Shown: piece by piece, positions 39,101 through 61,102 of the stretch
Layout: the number at the start of each line of letters is the position of its first letter
How positions within the stretch are numbered: position 1 is the first letter of the stretch
Origin: Paraspadella gotoi
Taxonomy: Eukaryota; Animalia; Chaetognatha
Reading direction: 5' to 3'
DNA: 64,000 nt
Assembly (NCBI GenBank): GCA_051294375.1
Contig: CM119264.1
Span: 28,624,696 to 28,688,695 of the forward strand
Made by a program: the position numbers and the translations under genes
Notes under the pieces: generated by a model
What the model was told of the DNA's origin: nothing
Databases searched by the model: none
What the model saw: the letters and a program-made list of their open reading frames with translations, nothing else

Positions 39101-40829
39101 CATGGTCGCTATTTTATTAGATTAATGTCGTCTACCGCTGAGGCAATAAAATAGGCTTTTTAAATACAGTTATATGAAATTGGTACAACCAATATAAAAA
39201 TTATCCATTCATTTAATAAATAAGCTATCTTGCCCCTGACTTTGGACAGGCTTTGGTGGTTTAAGGCCTCCATCACTCTTACAAGATAATGACATAGCAG
39301 GTCCCTGCAAGCTTTCAATCAAGACTCTCTCACAGTCCCGTTTATTCACTCCCAGAGTACCTGGCTTCCCTATCAATGAAGTGGAAAATATTTCAAAGAA
39401 TGTTTCAATTGTATGAAAAGACCACTCCCTTAAGTATTAGATCGGGGAATACCTATTGTACCTATTATATGATCCCATGATCACAATATCATATGTAAAT
39501 TGATATTAGATTAAATATTTTTCTAATATTTTTATGTAATAAAGAAAACGTGCAAATGAAGTTGAAATTCAGGCTGAAAAAAAAAAACAACAAAAAACAA
39601 AACAAATGAGGAATCAAATATTTAATCAATGCGGTGCAACAGCTTGAAATTGCACTTCGTTTTTTTTTTCACCTCTCTTTTTTCCCCTCGGCTCTTTCTT
39701 TCAACTCCCTGCTTCTTCCTGCCTGTCNNNNNNNNNNNNNNNNNNNNNNNNNNNNNNNNNNNNNNNNNNNNNNNNNNNNNNNNNNNNNNNNNNNNNNNNN
39801 NNNNNNNNNNNNNNNNNNNNNNNNNNNNNNNNNNNNNNNNNNNNNNNNNNNNNNNNNNNNNNNNNNNNNNNNNNNNNNNNNNNNNNNNNNNNNNNNNNNN
39901 NNNNNNNNNNNNNNNNNNNNNNNNNNNNNNNNNNNNNNNNNNNNNNNNNNNNNNNNNNNNNNNNNNNNNNNNNNNNNNNNNNNNNNNNNNNNCCTCCCTC
40001 CCTCACTTCCTCCCAGTTCTTCGTGTACTACGGCCTCGTTCTCTCCACGGACGAATTCGCCGGCGAACGCTACCTCAACTTCTTCCTCTTCACCCTCGCG
40101 GATTTGGCGGGAGGCGTCGTCGTCGTCGTCGTCGTCAACCGAGCGCCTCGACGTCAAATCCTCTTCTTCCTCTACGACGCCATCGTCGTCGTCGTCGTCG
40201 CTCTCATCGTCTACGAATTTCTCCACCGGGCGGAGCCACGACCCGCGAATTACAACGTGGTCGTCCTCGTGGCGCATCTGCTCATCAAGTCGAGCATCTT
40301 GGGGGCGCTGTCCGTCATGGAATTGTCCGCAATAGAGATACCGCCCACTTCGATTCGATCAATCAGCACGGGGATCTTTATCGCTTNNNNNNNNNNNNNN
40401 NNNNNNNNNNNNNNNNNNNNNNNNNNNNNNNNNNNNNNNNNNNNNNNNNNNNNNNNNNNNNNNNNNNNNNNNNNNNNNNNNNNNNNNNNNNNNNNNNNNN
40501 NNNNNNNNNNNNNNNNNNNNNNNNNNNNNNNNNNNNNNNNNNNNNNNNNNNNNNNNNNNNNNNNNNNNNNNNNNNNNNNNNNNNNNNNNNNNNNNNNNNN
40601 NNNNNNNNNNNNNNNNNNNNNCCTCGCCGGCATCACCTCTTCCTTCGTCGCCCTCCTCCTTCGACGCTACGACCTCGTGGCGGAATTCCTCTTCCTCTTC
40701 CTCGTCCTGATGGCGACGACGTTAATATGGGCGTTGCCGGAAATGAAGGACGTCTCGATTCCGCGCGACGCCAAAGACTTGAAGCAATGCTTCAAAAACA
40801 CCAAGAATAAATTCCCTTTTATGCATTAG
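36195..40829 (+). CDS. MFS transporter, SLC22/organic cation transporter family
   Basis: LDELLLKIGLWGFF..F..WMPHHCC N-terminus; EDLGC..AQIANAVFMGG..G.LADAYGRKPV; RFLHGFFVGG..ICELFP..R; VYYGL..YLNFFL; EIPPTSIRS..G; LPEMKD..IP C-terminal signature. Model is interrupted by gaps. Confidence 0.87.
39170..39390 (-). repeat. Dispersed repeat family A, longest copy
   Basis: Matches 20920-21115 and 48650-48810; short terminal fragment also at ~38975-39000. Confidence 0.75.
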
Positions 40830-41609
40830 ATTTTGACTAGAAAGGAAAATAATCTTGACTTTTTTTTAAATTTTAAATATTCGTTTTTTTTTTATTTAGC
40901 GCCTTTTTTTTCTCAATGTGAAATCAATTTTTTTTTCACGTTATGTTAAAATATGATGTAGGTTTTTTTTTTTTATCGATTGTGCGTTTCGTTACCGGGT
41001 ACGAGAATGATGACAAATTCATGGTCGTATTTTATAATTGAAGTTAATAATATACTTATTGCGTTACGATTGATTATTTGTAACACTTGGAAAGGCTATA
41101 GTCAGTAGTTTTTAAAAAAAAAGTAAAAAATAAACGAATATAAACATAACATTAATCATTAAAGAAAAGTTATGACCCTAAAATCTAATTTTATAATTTC
41201 GTGATTTCGATATTTGCCTCGTTTTGGATTTTGCTTTAAGGTTTGGACCCTCATCGCGCGCTCATCAACTACCATTGCCTCTTGGACAGAAAAGCTTTTC
41301 AGCACAAAGGTGAAATGTGTGACGCGTGTTCGCTGTTCACGCGACAATGTGAAATTGCCAAATCCCCTCGAAAGGTCCGTGGCCCTGGACTCATCAGATC
41401 CCGATTTCAACTCTCGCCGCGACTTCAGTTCAAATGTCGGAAAATGCGCCGGAGTTTGGCAACGATTGATGTCGGTCGAGTCACCGACACAAATTGGAAA
41501 CGAGAAACCGATGAACCGACAAGATGAACCGACAAGAGGGACGAAACGAACGAGATATTTTAATAAGAAAATTGTGGGGTTTAAGTCAAATTAAAGGATA
41601 TTAATAAAG

Positions 41610-42092
41610 CTAATTATCCTCACCGGATTCGAGTCTTTTGTTTATTTTCATGGACGAGTTTTCGTTCTTGATCGCCAGAGTAGTTTTCTCACTTTGAGTG
41701 GGACGGTTCTTTTGTTTTCTCGATTGAGATCTAAAGATCGAAATGAGAAAAACGATCGTCGAAAGAGAAAATTGACTGACTGAAGAGACTGATTTGACTG
41801 ACCTCCAACGACAGGCGAATTTCCAGGCGAAGCAGGCGACGACGACGATGAGGACGACGATGGCGCCGACGACGATGATGAGGAAGCGACGGTCAACCGG
41901 AAGACGTCCTTCCCAAATCGGAACGAGTCGTCGAAGGCGAAGAGTTCGGTCGCCGGGAATTCGAGGGAGGTCAGCCAAGAAATTAAGCCATGGCGCCGGA
42001 CAGTCGGTTGAGGGCGCCGATAACTGCGTCGACGTTTCGTCTGGGTGGCAGACGTCTTTATCGGAAGCGGCGCAGAATTCGGTCGCGTCCAT
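41610..42092 (-). CDS. Single-pass membrane protein fragment, unknown family
   Basis: ORF with hydrophobic FLIIVVGAIVVLIVVVACFAWKF followed by basic residues. Likely in-frame intron (TGGAG|GTCAGT...CTTTAG|) and a donor CCG|GTGAG near 41624. Gene limits unresolved. Confidence 0.5.
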   Translation of the reverse strand: MDATEFCAASDKDVCHPDETSTQLSAPSTDCPAPWLNFLADLPRIPGDRTLRLRRLVPIWEGRLPVDRRFLIIVVGAIVVLIVVVACFAWKFACRWRSVKSVSSVSQFSLSTIVFLISIFRSQSRKQKNRPTQSEKTTLAIKNENSSMKINKRLESGEDN

Positions 42093-42147
42093 GACGGAAG
42101 ATGAGACGAAGAAAGGAGAATGAAGGAAGAAAGAATTAATGAGAGAG

Positions 42148-42234
<87 letters not shown>

Positions 42235-44419
42235 TTGATTATTTTCTCCTCGAGGATTTTCGAGTGAATTTTTCTTTCATCTCCTTAATCTTTGATTCAA
42301 GTTGTCAGAGACAGAGAGAGGGAATTTTGTATTGATTCAATTTCAGCTCGTTGTTTTCCTTAGTTTAAATTTTAAAATATATTTTACTTCTATTTAGTAA
42401 CGAAAATTCCAAGTGAAGCATAAGAAAGTAAAGTTTCAACATTTCCACGAGTTTCCTGTGGCATAACTAATTAACTATGCCTTGTTCCCATCCATCCCAT
42501 CACCATTTCTCTCTTTTCCTTCTCCCCTCCCTTCGCCCTCTCCCTTCTTCTGTCCCTGCTCCTCTCCTCTCCTTCTCTTGTCCCTTCCCCTCTCCCTTCT
42601 TCTGTCTCTTTCTCCTCCATTCCCCTCTCCCTTCTTCTGTCCCTTCTCCTCTCCTTCTTCTTGTCCCTCCTTCCTCTCTTCTTCTGTCCCTTCTCCCCTC
42701 CATTCCCCTCTCCCTTCTTCTGTCCCTTCTCTCTCCCTTCTCTTGTCCCTTCCCCTCTCCCTTCCCCTAATCTTTTCCCCCTCCCTCTCCTTTTTTTAGC
42801 GAGTGCTCTCCCTATCCTCTTCCTCTTCCTCCTCCCATTGGCCCCAAAGACTCCAAGCATTTGTGCCTCATCCTTCAAAAGTTGTCATAATTTGTCTAAG
42901 GGTGTTGCCGAACAACATAAATCGAAATAACAATCAAATTTTGACTAAAAGATAAACAAATAAAAGGCGTTGGATCAATAAACAAGTCGGAACAAGAGAA
43001 CCGCTGAATAAAATAAGATACTTTTTTTAATTTTTAAAGTTATTAATTTTTAAATTTTTTAAAATTTTAAAATTTTAAACAAGCAGGCGTCAATTTTCTT
43101 AATTTAAATAAGCTTTATTTTTTTTTAACGAGGAATAAAGTAAGTCGAAACGAATTCAAATAAATTAAAAAGGTCATTAAGGTGAAATCAAGTTTGTAAA
43201 TAAAGTGAAAACTGCGAAGTGAGTTGAAGTAAAAAGTTGCACTATCATCGAAGTGAACGTTAAAATCGGAAAAAATTATACAAATGGCATATTCAGATAG
43301 CTTAACCAGAGTAATTTTTGAAATCTTCAGAGGTTCTTCTCATAAATTCTTAATATTTCCAAAAAGGACAAAAATGTTTCATATTATTTTTTTACGATTC
43401 CTAAAGATGGAACGAAACTCGGGGTGGTAAAGTATCGGATGTGAACGACGATTAAGACGTGGGGTGCGACTCGTAACTTTTTTTTTGAGGGCGTTGAAGA
43501 TTCGTCGAAAGAGTCGTCGAAACGCCGATGAAGCTGTGGGAAAGGCTGACCGCGCCTTCCTTACCTCCGCTGCATTTTCTGCAAATCCGAAACCCTTATA
43601 TTGCTATATTATTATCTTATTAAAGGGTTGTAGGCCTTAATTCACCATAACCTGAAAAAAGTCGGGGGCAAGATATTTCAGACATTAAATGAACAATTTA
43701 ATGTCTGAATCCATTATTTTTATAATTATTGTGCCAATTTTTTTTTTCCTACAATTTTTCGGATACCGCCTTTGTGATTTTTTGGGTTCATTTTGTTATG
43801 CTTTGATCATTTTTATATATTGCATTTAAATATTCTTATATTTTTACTATTTTTTTCTTAATTCGTTATTACCTTCCGAGCTTGTTAATATTCTTTCCCT
43901 CTTCGCCTTCCCTTTTATTTTATTTCCCCGTACGAGTCGGGGCGAAAACGTAAAGGTGAGATAATAATAGAAGAAAAAGAAAGAGAAAAGAAAGAGAAAA
44001 GAGAGAGAAAAGAAAGAGAAAAAAAAGAAATGTCCTTAAAATCTTAATGAAGTTCCTCTCCGTTCGCCCCCCCCCGACCTCCCCCCGTCTTTTTATTTCT
44101 CCAAGGACACGAGTTTTTAAAAATACGAGTCTCCGATATTTTCTTAACCTCGATTTGAATACCAAATATAAAAAAAAAAGTCTTTTTTTTTGTCCAAATG
44201 ATAATAAATAAACGTCGAGGGAGCTTAAGAAACAGTATTAGCAATAATGTTATTAAAAAAAAAGCGGATCGAGTCGGGGGCTGGGCGTCCGTCTCGTCTC
44301 TCGACGGACGAAGACCGGGTCTTGACGAAACGGAACAGATGGTCGGCGGCGGCGGCGGCCGGCGGGGCGGCGGCGGCGGCGGCGGTGATAGCGACGTCCG
44401 CCTTTTGACGGACGGAACG

Positions 44420-44475
<56 letters not shown>

Positions 44476-44580
44476 GTATCTATTTTCTTCTTTCTCTTTT
44501 CTTTTTCTTTTTCCCTGTCTGTTTCTATTTCTATCTCTCTTTCTCTCTATCTCTGTCCTTTCTCTCTAGTTTTATTTATC

Positions 44581-44642
<62 letters not shown>

Positions 44643-45639
44643 GTCTCCTCTCTCTCTCATCTCTAACTCTCTCTCGTACATGGTGTTCTCGTCTTTAATT
44701 CGTCTCGACTTACTTTTCCCAAGCTCTCTGTCTCCATTTCGCCGTCAATGTCGGACCAAGCTTTTCCCAAATTCTCATTTTTTTGACAAGAAAAAATCGT
44801 TTGAATTTTAATTAAATTTATTATTTGTCTTATTTCCTAATCTTTAAATTAACATTTGTTTTGGTTCTACATAAAATAGGGTTTAAATTTAACGACGATT
44901 TTTAATGATTAACCATTATTGTTATTAAAGTTATTACCTCATTGTCTTCACTTATATTTTTGCGTCTTCTGCTATTACATTTCAAGGAGTCCGTGCTTCA
45001 AAATTATTTTATTTTAAGAGATAAAAACACAAAAAAATTATACAGAGAAGCGTCTATAACTATTTCATAATAAAAAAAGCGAAAAAGATGTGAGAAAAAT
45101 ACCGGAGCTTTCATAACTATTATCATTACTACGTATTATTACGTATGATTATTATTTTTATTATTAGTATTGTTGTTAAAACTTTGCCTATTATTATTAA
45201 AACTTTACCCGTTGGATTATAATTGGCAATTATAATGAAATCAAACCGATTACAANNNNNNNNNNCTCTCTCTCTCTCTCTCTCTCTCATTGGAGACGCG
45301 GCTTGGCGGCCTTCCGCCTCCGGTTCTATGATGAATGTCGACTTATACTGGATGTAGGAAGTTCATTAAAAGAATGTAGGACGTCTCTTGAACGAAGTCG
45401 GACATTCCTTTCAAGGATCCAGGATCTGAGTGAACAGAAATCACCCTGCCCTTCCCATTTGACTGCGAACACTAAGATGTTACGTGACCACGTGATAATT
45501 AGAAAAATAACAAATTAAACAACTCCAATAAACTGGTTGAGTTTAGAATCCGAGATGTTAATTATATTACATAAAATGATTACAATTTTGACAGCGTCTT
45601 GTAAATTCTTAGATTGTCAGCCAATAGAACGAAAAATAG

Positions 45640-45725
45640 TCATAGTCCAAAGTCAGGGGAAAAATAGCTTATTTATTAAATGAATGAATAAGTTTTTTAA
45701 TGGTTGTACCCATTTCATAATTTAT
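45640..45725 (+). repeat. Dispersed repeat family A copy
   Basis: CCAAAGTCAGGGGAAAAATAGCTTATTTATTAAATGAATGAATAAG...GGTTGTACCCATTTCATA. Confidence 0.7.
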
Positions 45726-47459
45726 AAACTAGGTTTTAGTTATACCTAAGCTAAAATAAAAAAATATACATCCTAGTCGGAGATTTTTTATTTAAAAAAA
45801 AAAATAGCGAATCCTCGCTTTCACGTTCGCGCAGAATCGTAAACGAACAAATTTTGGCACTATTTTTAAAATGCAGCTCATTTCTGTTTATTAATCCGTA
45901 AACTTAGTTTTAACTTTTATAACTAACCCTACTTTCTTAACAAAACTCTAACCCATTATTTAAACCCTAATCGACTAGCCTTATTCCTAAATCTTATTTG
46001 TAAACATAACCTAATCTTACTTCAGAAGCCAAGTCTTAGCAAAAATTGGGTGAAATTGAAAAATATGAAAAAAAAAGTATCAATGACTTTTAGGGATATA
46101 GATTTAAATAGTCTTGGCCGTATCAGAGTAAATCTAGTTCTAAAACTTAGTTTTAACTTTACTTTGTCATTAATACACGATTTATTGAACGTTTTAAATC
46201 CTTATAAAATCTTATCTCTCTATAAGTTGACAATCGTTTTTTGCTTTTGTTCTGTTTGAAAAATGATGTATTTTCAAAGGAATCCTTTTGTCTTTCCTCT
46301 TCATTTCCACATCTCTCCTTCTCTAATGAGCTCATCCTCTCCCTTCTTTTTCCTTTTCTAATCGAATAAAATAATCGAGCAAGAGATCCACCCCTCCTAC
46401 CCCCTTTTTTCCCCCACCCCCCCTAAATTTTACCCCCTCAGACGAGACAGGTTAACTTTCGAGCGACGTCGTCGTCACACCTGCCGACGATTAGGTCGAA
46501 CAACGACAACAACAACAACAACGAATAGGCTGCGATTAAATTTCTCTTTCGATTTTATTTTATTTTTAAATAGTGTTGCCAAAAAAAGAAATAACATTTG
46601 TTTAAATTCATTAAATTAAAATTGAATAACAAGACTAAGAATAGAATTTAAAATTTATATAGAACTTTTTACTTACTCTAGTATCTTTACTTATATCAAA
46701 ACTGTTTTAATTAATTTAACTTTAGTTAATGGTAGGCCTATGGATATTTTTTCAGTCATAAGACAAATAATTAATTGATATAAGGCGATTCAGTGGGTCA
46801 ACAATAATAATAATAAAAGATGCCCACCCGCTAGAATACAAGTGCAGTTTGTAAAATTTTTTAGTCAATAAAAAATATACTATAAATAAATAAGTAATTA
46901 GCTGTCTCCTAAAAAACAAAACAATTGATAATGGTACCCCTTCCAAGGACTATCAATCCTTTTTAAAACCCTTCAAATAATATTCACAGTTTTTTGGAGA
47001 GAGAGAGAGAGAGAGAGAGAGACGAGAGAGAGAAGAGAGAGAGAGAGAGGGAGAGAGACGTGAATGTCAGAAAAAAGTTTACTCACTAACGACCAAGTAA
47101 CTGAGATGTCAATGAACATTCCGTGAATGCTCCAAAGAAAGAATTCGAAATTGAGTGAAGAAGACGAACTACAAACCTGCGCTTCGGTTCACCGATTTTC
47201 TGTGATTCGTGATCCGTGATTCATCAGCGTCAGTGAGACGAGGAGAAAGCGATGATTTTTTACCTTCAAAGAAAAACAAGCGTGGGTGGTCATTTTTGAG
47301 GCGGTCATCCTTCGGACATTCCACCCTGGGTGGTTTAATACTTCGTAGTTTCGTTAATTATTTAAATGTTAATGTTTTTAGATATATCAACTACACCAGC
47401 GCCACACATTTACGATACAAGTTAAAAGTAAAATATACCTGTGTATTTTCTGATTGTGT

Positions 47460-47723
47460 GACTGCCCTATCACGTGTATTTCTCGTGCCATTACATGACG
47501 TCTTTTATTCTTTATAGTTTTAGGATTTCCTGAAGGCGCCGCGAGCAGTCCCTTAGATTTGATGTTTTTTCCTGTCTTAACAAATGAGCAACCAACTATA
47601 TGCAAGTTATGAGCATTTTTAATGTAAGTTAGACAGACTGACGGACAGACATACCGACCGACCGGAAGAGCGACCGAAAAGTGACTTATAGAGTTGCTCC
47701 GCGAGTACTCGCGGCGCAACTAA
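47460..47723 (-). mobile_element. DINE/HINE-like interspersed repeat, copy 2
   Basis: Reverse-complement match to 25104-25330 over >200 bp. Confidence 0.65.
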
Positions 47724-48862
47724 GAGAGGACTGGTGAACATGATGTATGAATTATCTTTGTCTTAATCAGCCGAACAAACACAACTTTATCTTTTAGGTT
47801 TGACCGTTAATAATGTAAGAGTCTCGAGCACACGTTAGAATTGGGGTCGAGGAGCGACCTTATTTTTTCATTATCATTTAATACATTTTGTAAATATTTA
47901 AAGAACAAAAGTACAAAATTACGAAAAAAATTTTAAAAAGTCTTGAATCGATTTGAAGTCAGAGAAAAATAAATAAAGTCAAATCAAAATTGCTAATAAA
48001 AAGAAAGATACAAATTGCACTCTAACACGAAACTCTTCGGAAATTAAATAATAACAAAACAAACATAACAAAATATAAAAAAAGAAACAAAACAAAGCAA
48101 AAACAAAAGACTAAACAACTTAGAAAAAGAACGGAGAGGAGAAAGACGAGAATCGAAAATTCTCTCGCGTCATCTGGTGACGTCATATTCGTTGTTGTTG
48201 TCGTCGTCGTCGTCGTCGTCGTCGTCATCGTCATCGTCTCCCGCCGAAGTCAAAACTCAAACGACGGGATCCAAAGTTGGGAGCCTGAAAATCAATCACG
48301 CCGAAAGTGAAGACGAGCGTGAAATTGGATCACGGGGAGGGGGATTCACAGGTGAGGCCTCACAGTCGGACGTCGTGAGAGTCGACGCCGCGAAAATGAC
48401 GTGAACGGAAAAGCGTCATTAATCGGTCACGCCTTTTTTCTGAGTGTGATCGACTCGTGAGGGATAAGGATGGAGGAGTGAGGCTGTGAGGCTGTGAGGC
48501 TGTGAGGGGGTGAGGGGGTCAAGTTTTAAAGTACAAAATACTTACGAATTGGAAAAAACAATTCTGTTTTGATTATAAAAAATTACATTATATCTCAAAT
48601 ATCAAAGAACAAAATGTGCTATTGAATATATCTAATTTTGTACATACTCTCTTATGAAATTGGTACAAAAAATATAAAAATTATCCATTCAATAAAATTC
48701 TATGAGTTTAGGGTTAAGACTTACTTCTCTCTTAAAAGAGAGTAACAGAGCAGATTTTTATAATTTAATAACTACTAGAGTGCTTGTCTTCCCTATCAAT
48801 GAAGTGATATGATATTTTTTTAACCGTTTCAATTAAATATTGGAGTCGCTTAGGTTTTATGA

Positions 48863-48947
<85 letters not shown>

Positions 48948-49510
48948 TCTCCTCTCTCTCTATCTTTTCACATTCAAAAGACTCGAATTTCCTTTTTTCC
49001 CTTTTTTTTCCTTTTCTTTTTCCTTTATTTTTTCCTTTTATTTCCCTTTATTTTTCCTTTCTTTTTTTTTTTCGCTTTCTCTTCTTTTTTCTTTTTTTCC
49101 TTTCTTTTTCCTTTATTTTTCTTCCTTTCTTTTTCCTTTCTCTTTCTTTTCTTTTTCCTTTCTTTTTCCTTTCTTTTTCCTTTCTTTTTCCTTTTCTTTC
49201 TCTTTCTTTTCTTTTTCCTTTCTTTTTCCTTTCGTCTCGATTCCGCGCTGACGTCACTCGAGTCTCGTCGAGTTTATAAACGAAGAGGTCGCGCGTTCGA
49301 TCCTCGATTCTTCCTCCGAAACTCCGAAGAGCTCCAATCTTTTTTTTTCTTCGCACGATCTTTTTTTCGACTTCACAATTTCACAGCTTAGAATCTCACT
49401 TCAGTCGTTCCATGTTTTTCCAAATTTTTACTCTTTTTCTCAAATTTTAATCTTCAATCACAGAAAATAAATTATTGTACTCTCTCTCTCTCTCTCTCTC
49501 CATCTCCATC

Positions 49511-51356
49511 ATGTCATCCGCTAACGACGCCGGATCCAAATCTCATCGCGGCGCCCGTCGCGCCGCACTGAGTTTGATAGCGGCGCCGTTGATTTCGCTC
49601 TTTCTTTTGTCTTCGTTCGGCGTCGAAGCTGAGATGGAATTTTCGAGTCGAAGTGGAATCGTGGAATTGAATCCTCTTTCAATTTGGTCGCAGGTCATTC
49701 AGAACAAGGTGAGGACAAAACTGGGAAAAAGGGGGACAAGGTGAGTAAAAATTTTAAAAATGGGATATGAATCTAAATAAAAAAGTGACCGAGAAATGAG
49801 TTTTTTATTGCCAATCAATGCGAGGAAAAACATCAGGGGAAGGAAAAAAAATTGACATGTAAATCAATGAGGTAAAAAAAAGGGGTCTACAGGGTTAAAC
49901 TTAAAGTAAACAAAAGTTGGAAAAAAGAAGAATCGTACAAAGTGAAGATGAAGATATTTTTGAATGCATTCGAGAGCTCTGGTCAATTTCATATTCTAGG
50001 GAAATAAATAAAAAAAATATATATTTTGGTCTCTACAGCGTGTTTCCGTCTGGTTGGTCAACTTCTGTCAGCCTTGGTGTCCTTTCTGCAAAAAGTTCGC
50101 GCCAAAATTCAAGCAAGTCGCTCATATACTAAGACATCGCAAGGACATTGGTGTGGCAGCAATGGACGTCTTTAAGTACAGGTCCGATGTTTTTTTAGGG
50201 GAAAATAAGATAAAACTTAAAACTTAAATTTAAAATTTAAAATTGATGCAAATTTGGTCCGTGTCAGAAAAAAAAAATTTAAACCAAAAAATTGTAAGAA
50301 TTTAGTTATTCTTTCTATGAAGAAGAAGATTCAAAATTTACGATTCATTGATTTTTTTTATTGTTGTCTCATGAAATTGTTAACTTTCGATTAAAAAAAA
50401 AAGAGCTCAAATTGTATACAAATCATGAATTGAAAGTTGAAGCCTCGTTTCAAATTTCAGTTATTGGAAACATTTGCCGACGCCTTTCGTCTATCTCTAC
50501 GTCGAAGGTTCTCACGTGAAAACTTTCATCAACGAGTGGAAGGACGACGTCTACTACCCAATGGATCCCGTAAATTTGGCTAACGAGGTAAGACGTGAAA
50601 TTCTTTTGGCCAATGAGGCGAGAGGATACATCCTTTCGTTAAAAAATCGTTCTTTGAAAAATTCCGATCATTAAAACAAAATTTTATGCCTAATGAAGAA
50701 AACCTACTCACCAATTTCTCTCCATAAATCCGCCATTGTTTATTTTTAAACTGACCCAGGCGATGGCTGCGGCGAACCGACTCCGTTCCGATTTAAACCT
50801 GAATTCGGCAACGAATCGAAATTCGGCGTCAAAATTCGGCGCCGTTCGTCGGGCGCCGAATCGATTTCAATCGACTAACTCAATCGCGTCTGGCGCCGCC
50901 ACTTCTTCGTCCAGCACTGCGACCTCCTCATGGAACCGGCGTCGCGTCAAGTCACCCTCTTGGCGCCGCGGATTTCGAGGCGCCGTCGACGGCGACGCCT
51001 ACCCTCGGCGCGCGTCATCTCAGCGGCTCCGCGGCGTCGGTTGGCAGCGGGCGCAGCGCAACAACTGGCAGAGAAACGAATGGCAGGGAAACAACTGGCA
51101 AAAGAACGAGTGGGGCGGCGCTGGATTGGGGCGGCGTCAAACGGCGGAGTCGGAGCTTCGACGCGGCGGACGGCGGGGGCTGCGGGACGCGGCAGAGCGG
51201 GGGCGAGGGCGGAGACCGCAGCCAGAGCCTCTGAGGATCGTCGGCAGATGGCCGAGGGTCTCCCACAAACAAAAGGTCAATCACTTGACGAACAAAAACG
51301 ACGAAAGAAATTATAAAAACTCACGCGTGAGGAGAAGAGGAAACAAAACTGAGTAG
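49511..51356 (+). CDS. Secreted single-domain thioredoxin/PDI-like protein (WCPFC) with an Arg/Gly/Trp-rich repeat tail, 354 aa
   Basis: Exons 49511-49708, 50039-50181, 50461-50587, 50760-51356 (phases 0, 2, 0; 1065 nt). Signal peptide ending ..FGVEA; IVELNPLSIW..VWLVNFCQPWCPFCKKFAPKFKQVA..IGVAAMD..PTPFVYLY thioredoxin fold. Confidence 0.82.
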
Positions 51357-52453
51357 TATTAACATTTTCTTAGTACGTTCAAGGCTAATGGATTAATCTA
51401 ATAATGAGATGTTTTTAATAAGTATTAGATTTGGACCATAGTTCCCAGTTATAATTTTTGACAAGATTTCTCCTTTCTTCAGTGTTTTATCTTTAAGAAT
51501 GGAGCTTCTGAAATGTTTTCAAAAAGCTGTTTATTTTTCCTGACCTTTCAAGCTTTATAGATAAGGAAATCTGTACATTTTACTTGTATGAACAGAAGTT
51601 TGATTATTTTCCATAGTTTCAAAGTCGCTTCGAACACATTTTATAAGGCCAGTGGCAAAAATGACGGACGAAAAAAAAAAAGAAAAAAAAATGACCGAAG
51701 CGATTTACAATTAGAGTTTCAAACCTTTTTTCTTTTTCTCTTTTTCCATTTGTTAAACAGAAATAAAATTTTCTGAGACATTGAGGAGCAATTAGTATTT
51801 TTTTAAATTTTCTAATGGAATTACTATTTTAAAATGAAACCTCTCTAAAAGTATTAGCGTTCTTAAAAAAAATTAATATGAATATTACTTTTGTACAAAT
51901 GATTTTTCCGATATTCCTGCCCTTTTTTTAGCAGTATTTACCTTTAGGCACGTTTTTGCATTTTTTTTCGCTTTTTGCATATATTTTTTACGGATTTTTT
52001 GTATCGATTTGTATTTCTGTGATTAATTGTCTGATTCTGTTACAAGAAAATTAGTTGAATAATTACTATTCTTCTTAATTTTTTTATTGCTAAAGGAAAT
52101 GGCAAAAAATTTTCAACTTTGATAAAAAAAAAGAAAAAGTAAAAAAGAAAAAAGAAAAAAGAAAAAGTAAAGAAAAAAAGAAAAAGAAAAAAGAAAAAAA
52201 GAAAAAAAAGAAAAAGAAAAAGAAAAAAGAAAAAAAAAAAGAAAAAAGAAAAAAGAAAAAAGAAAAAAGAAAAAAGAAAAAAGAAAAAAGAAGAAAAAAG
52301 AAAAAAAGAAAAAAGAAAAAGAACCTGAAAAAAAAGACAAGTAACTTTGATTAGGTATTTAAGTAAGCATATAATATAATATAACATAATATAATATAAT
52401 AAGTAAACATATTCACAATAAATCTCTAAATTAACAAAAAGGGCAACCAATCG

Positions 52454-61102
<8,649 letters not shown>

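Larger units (their letters stand above)
34758..40621. other. Region with multiple assembly gaps (N runs)
   Basis: N runs at ~34758-34858, 35984-35993, 36599-36807, 36914-36941, 37113-37354, 37957-38456, 39728-39992, 40387-40621; also 45257-45266. Several abut exon edges, so some exons and splice sites are hidden. Confidence 0.95.

Noticed and set aside
39058-39105. Short direct-repeat arrays (TGGACA(T/A) here; also 56490-56530, 56930-57150, 42480-42790) as CRISPR-like
   Set aside because: Head-to-tail minisatellites without unique spacers, in a eukaryotic context, with no cas genes.
41160-41594. Overlapping ORFs on both strands downstream of the SLC22-like gene
   Set aside because: No frame stands out and there is no motif or consistent splice path. 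May be UTR.
43555-43585. 14-nt micro-exon candidate (TGCAG|AAAATGCAGCGGAG|GTAAGG, minus strand)
   Set aside because: May belong to the 41.6-42.1 kb gene, but no phase-compatible acceptor was found. Unsupported without RNA data.
45800-45860. Possible SL RNA or snRNA gene (small hairpins plus AATTTTGG Sm-like site)
   Set aside because: No AG|GT leader donor upstream and no repeat copy. No SL RNA gene could be identified in this window.
47085-47340. Three small phase-compatible minus-strand exon candidates (..HACFSLK / KIGEPKR / IHGMFIDISVTWSL)
   Set aside because: Could not be linked to a downstream exon without a stop. No recognisable product.
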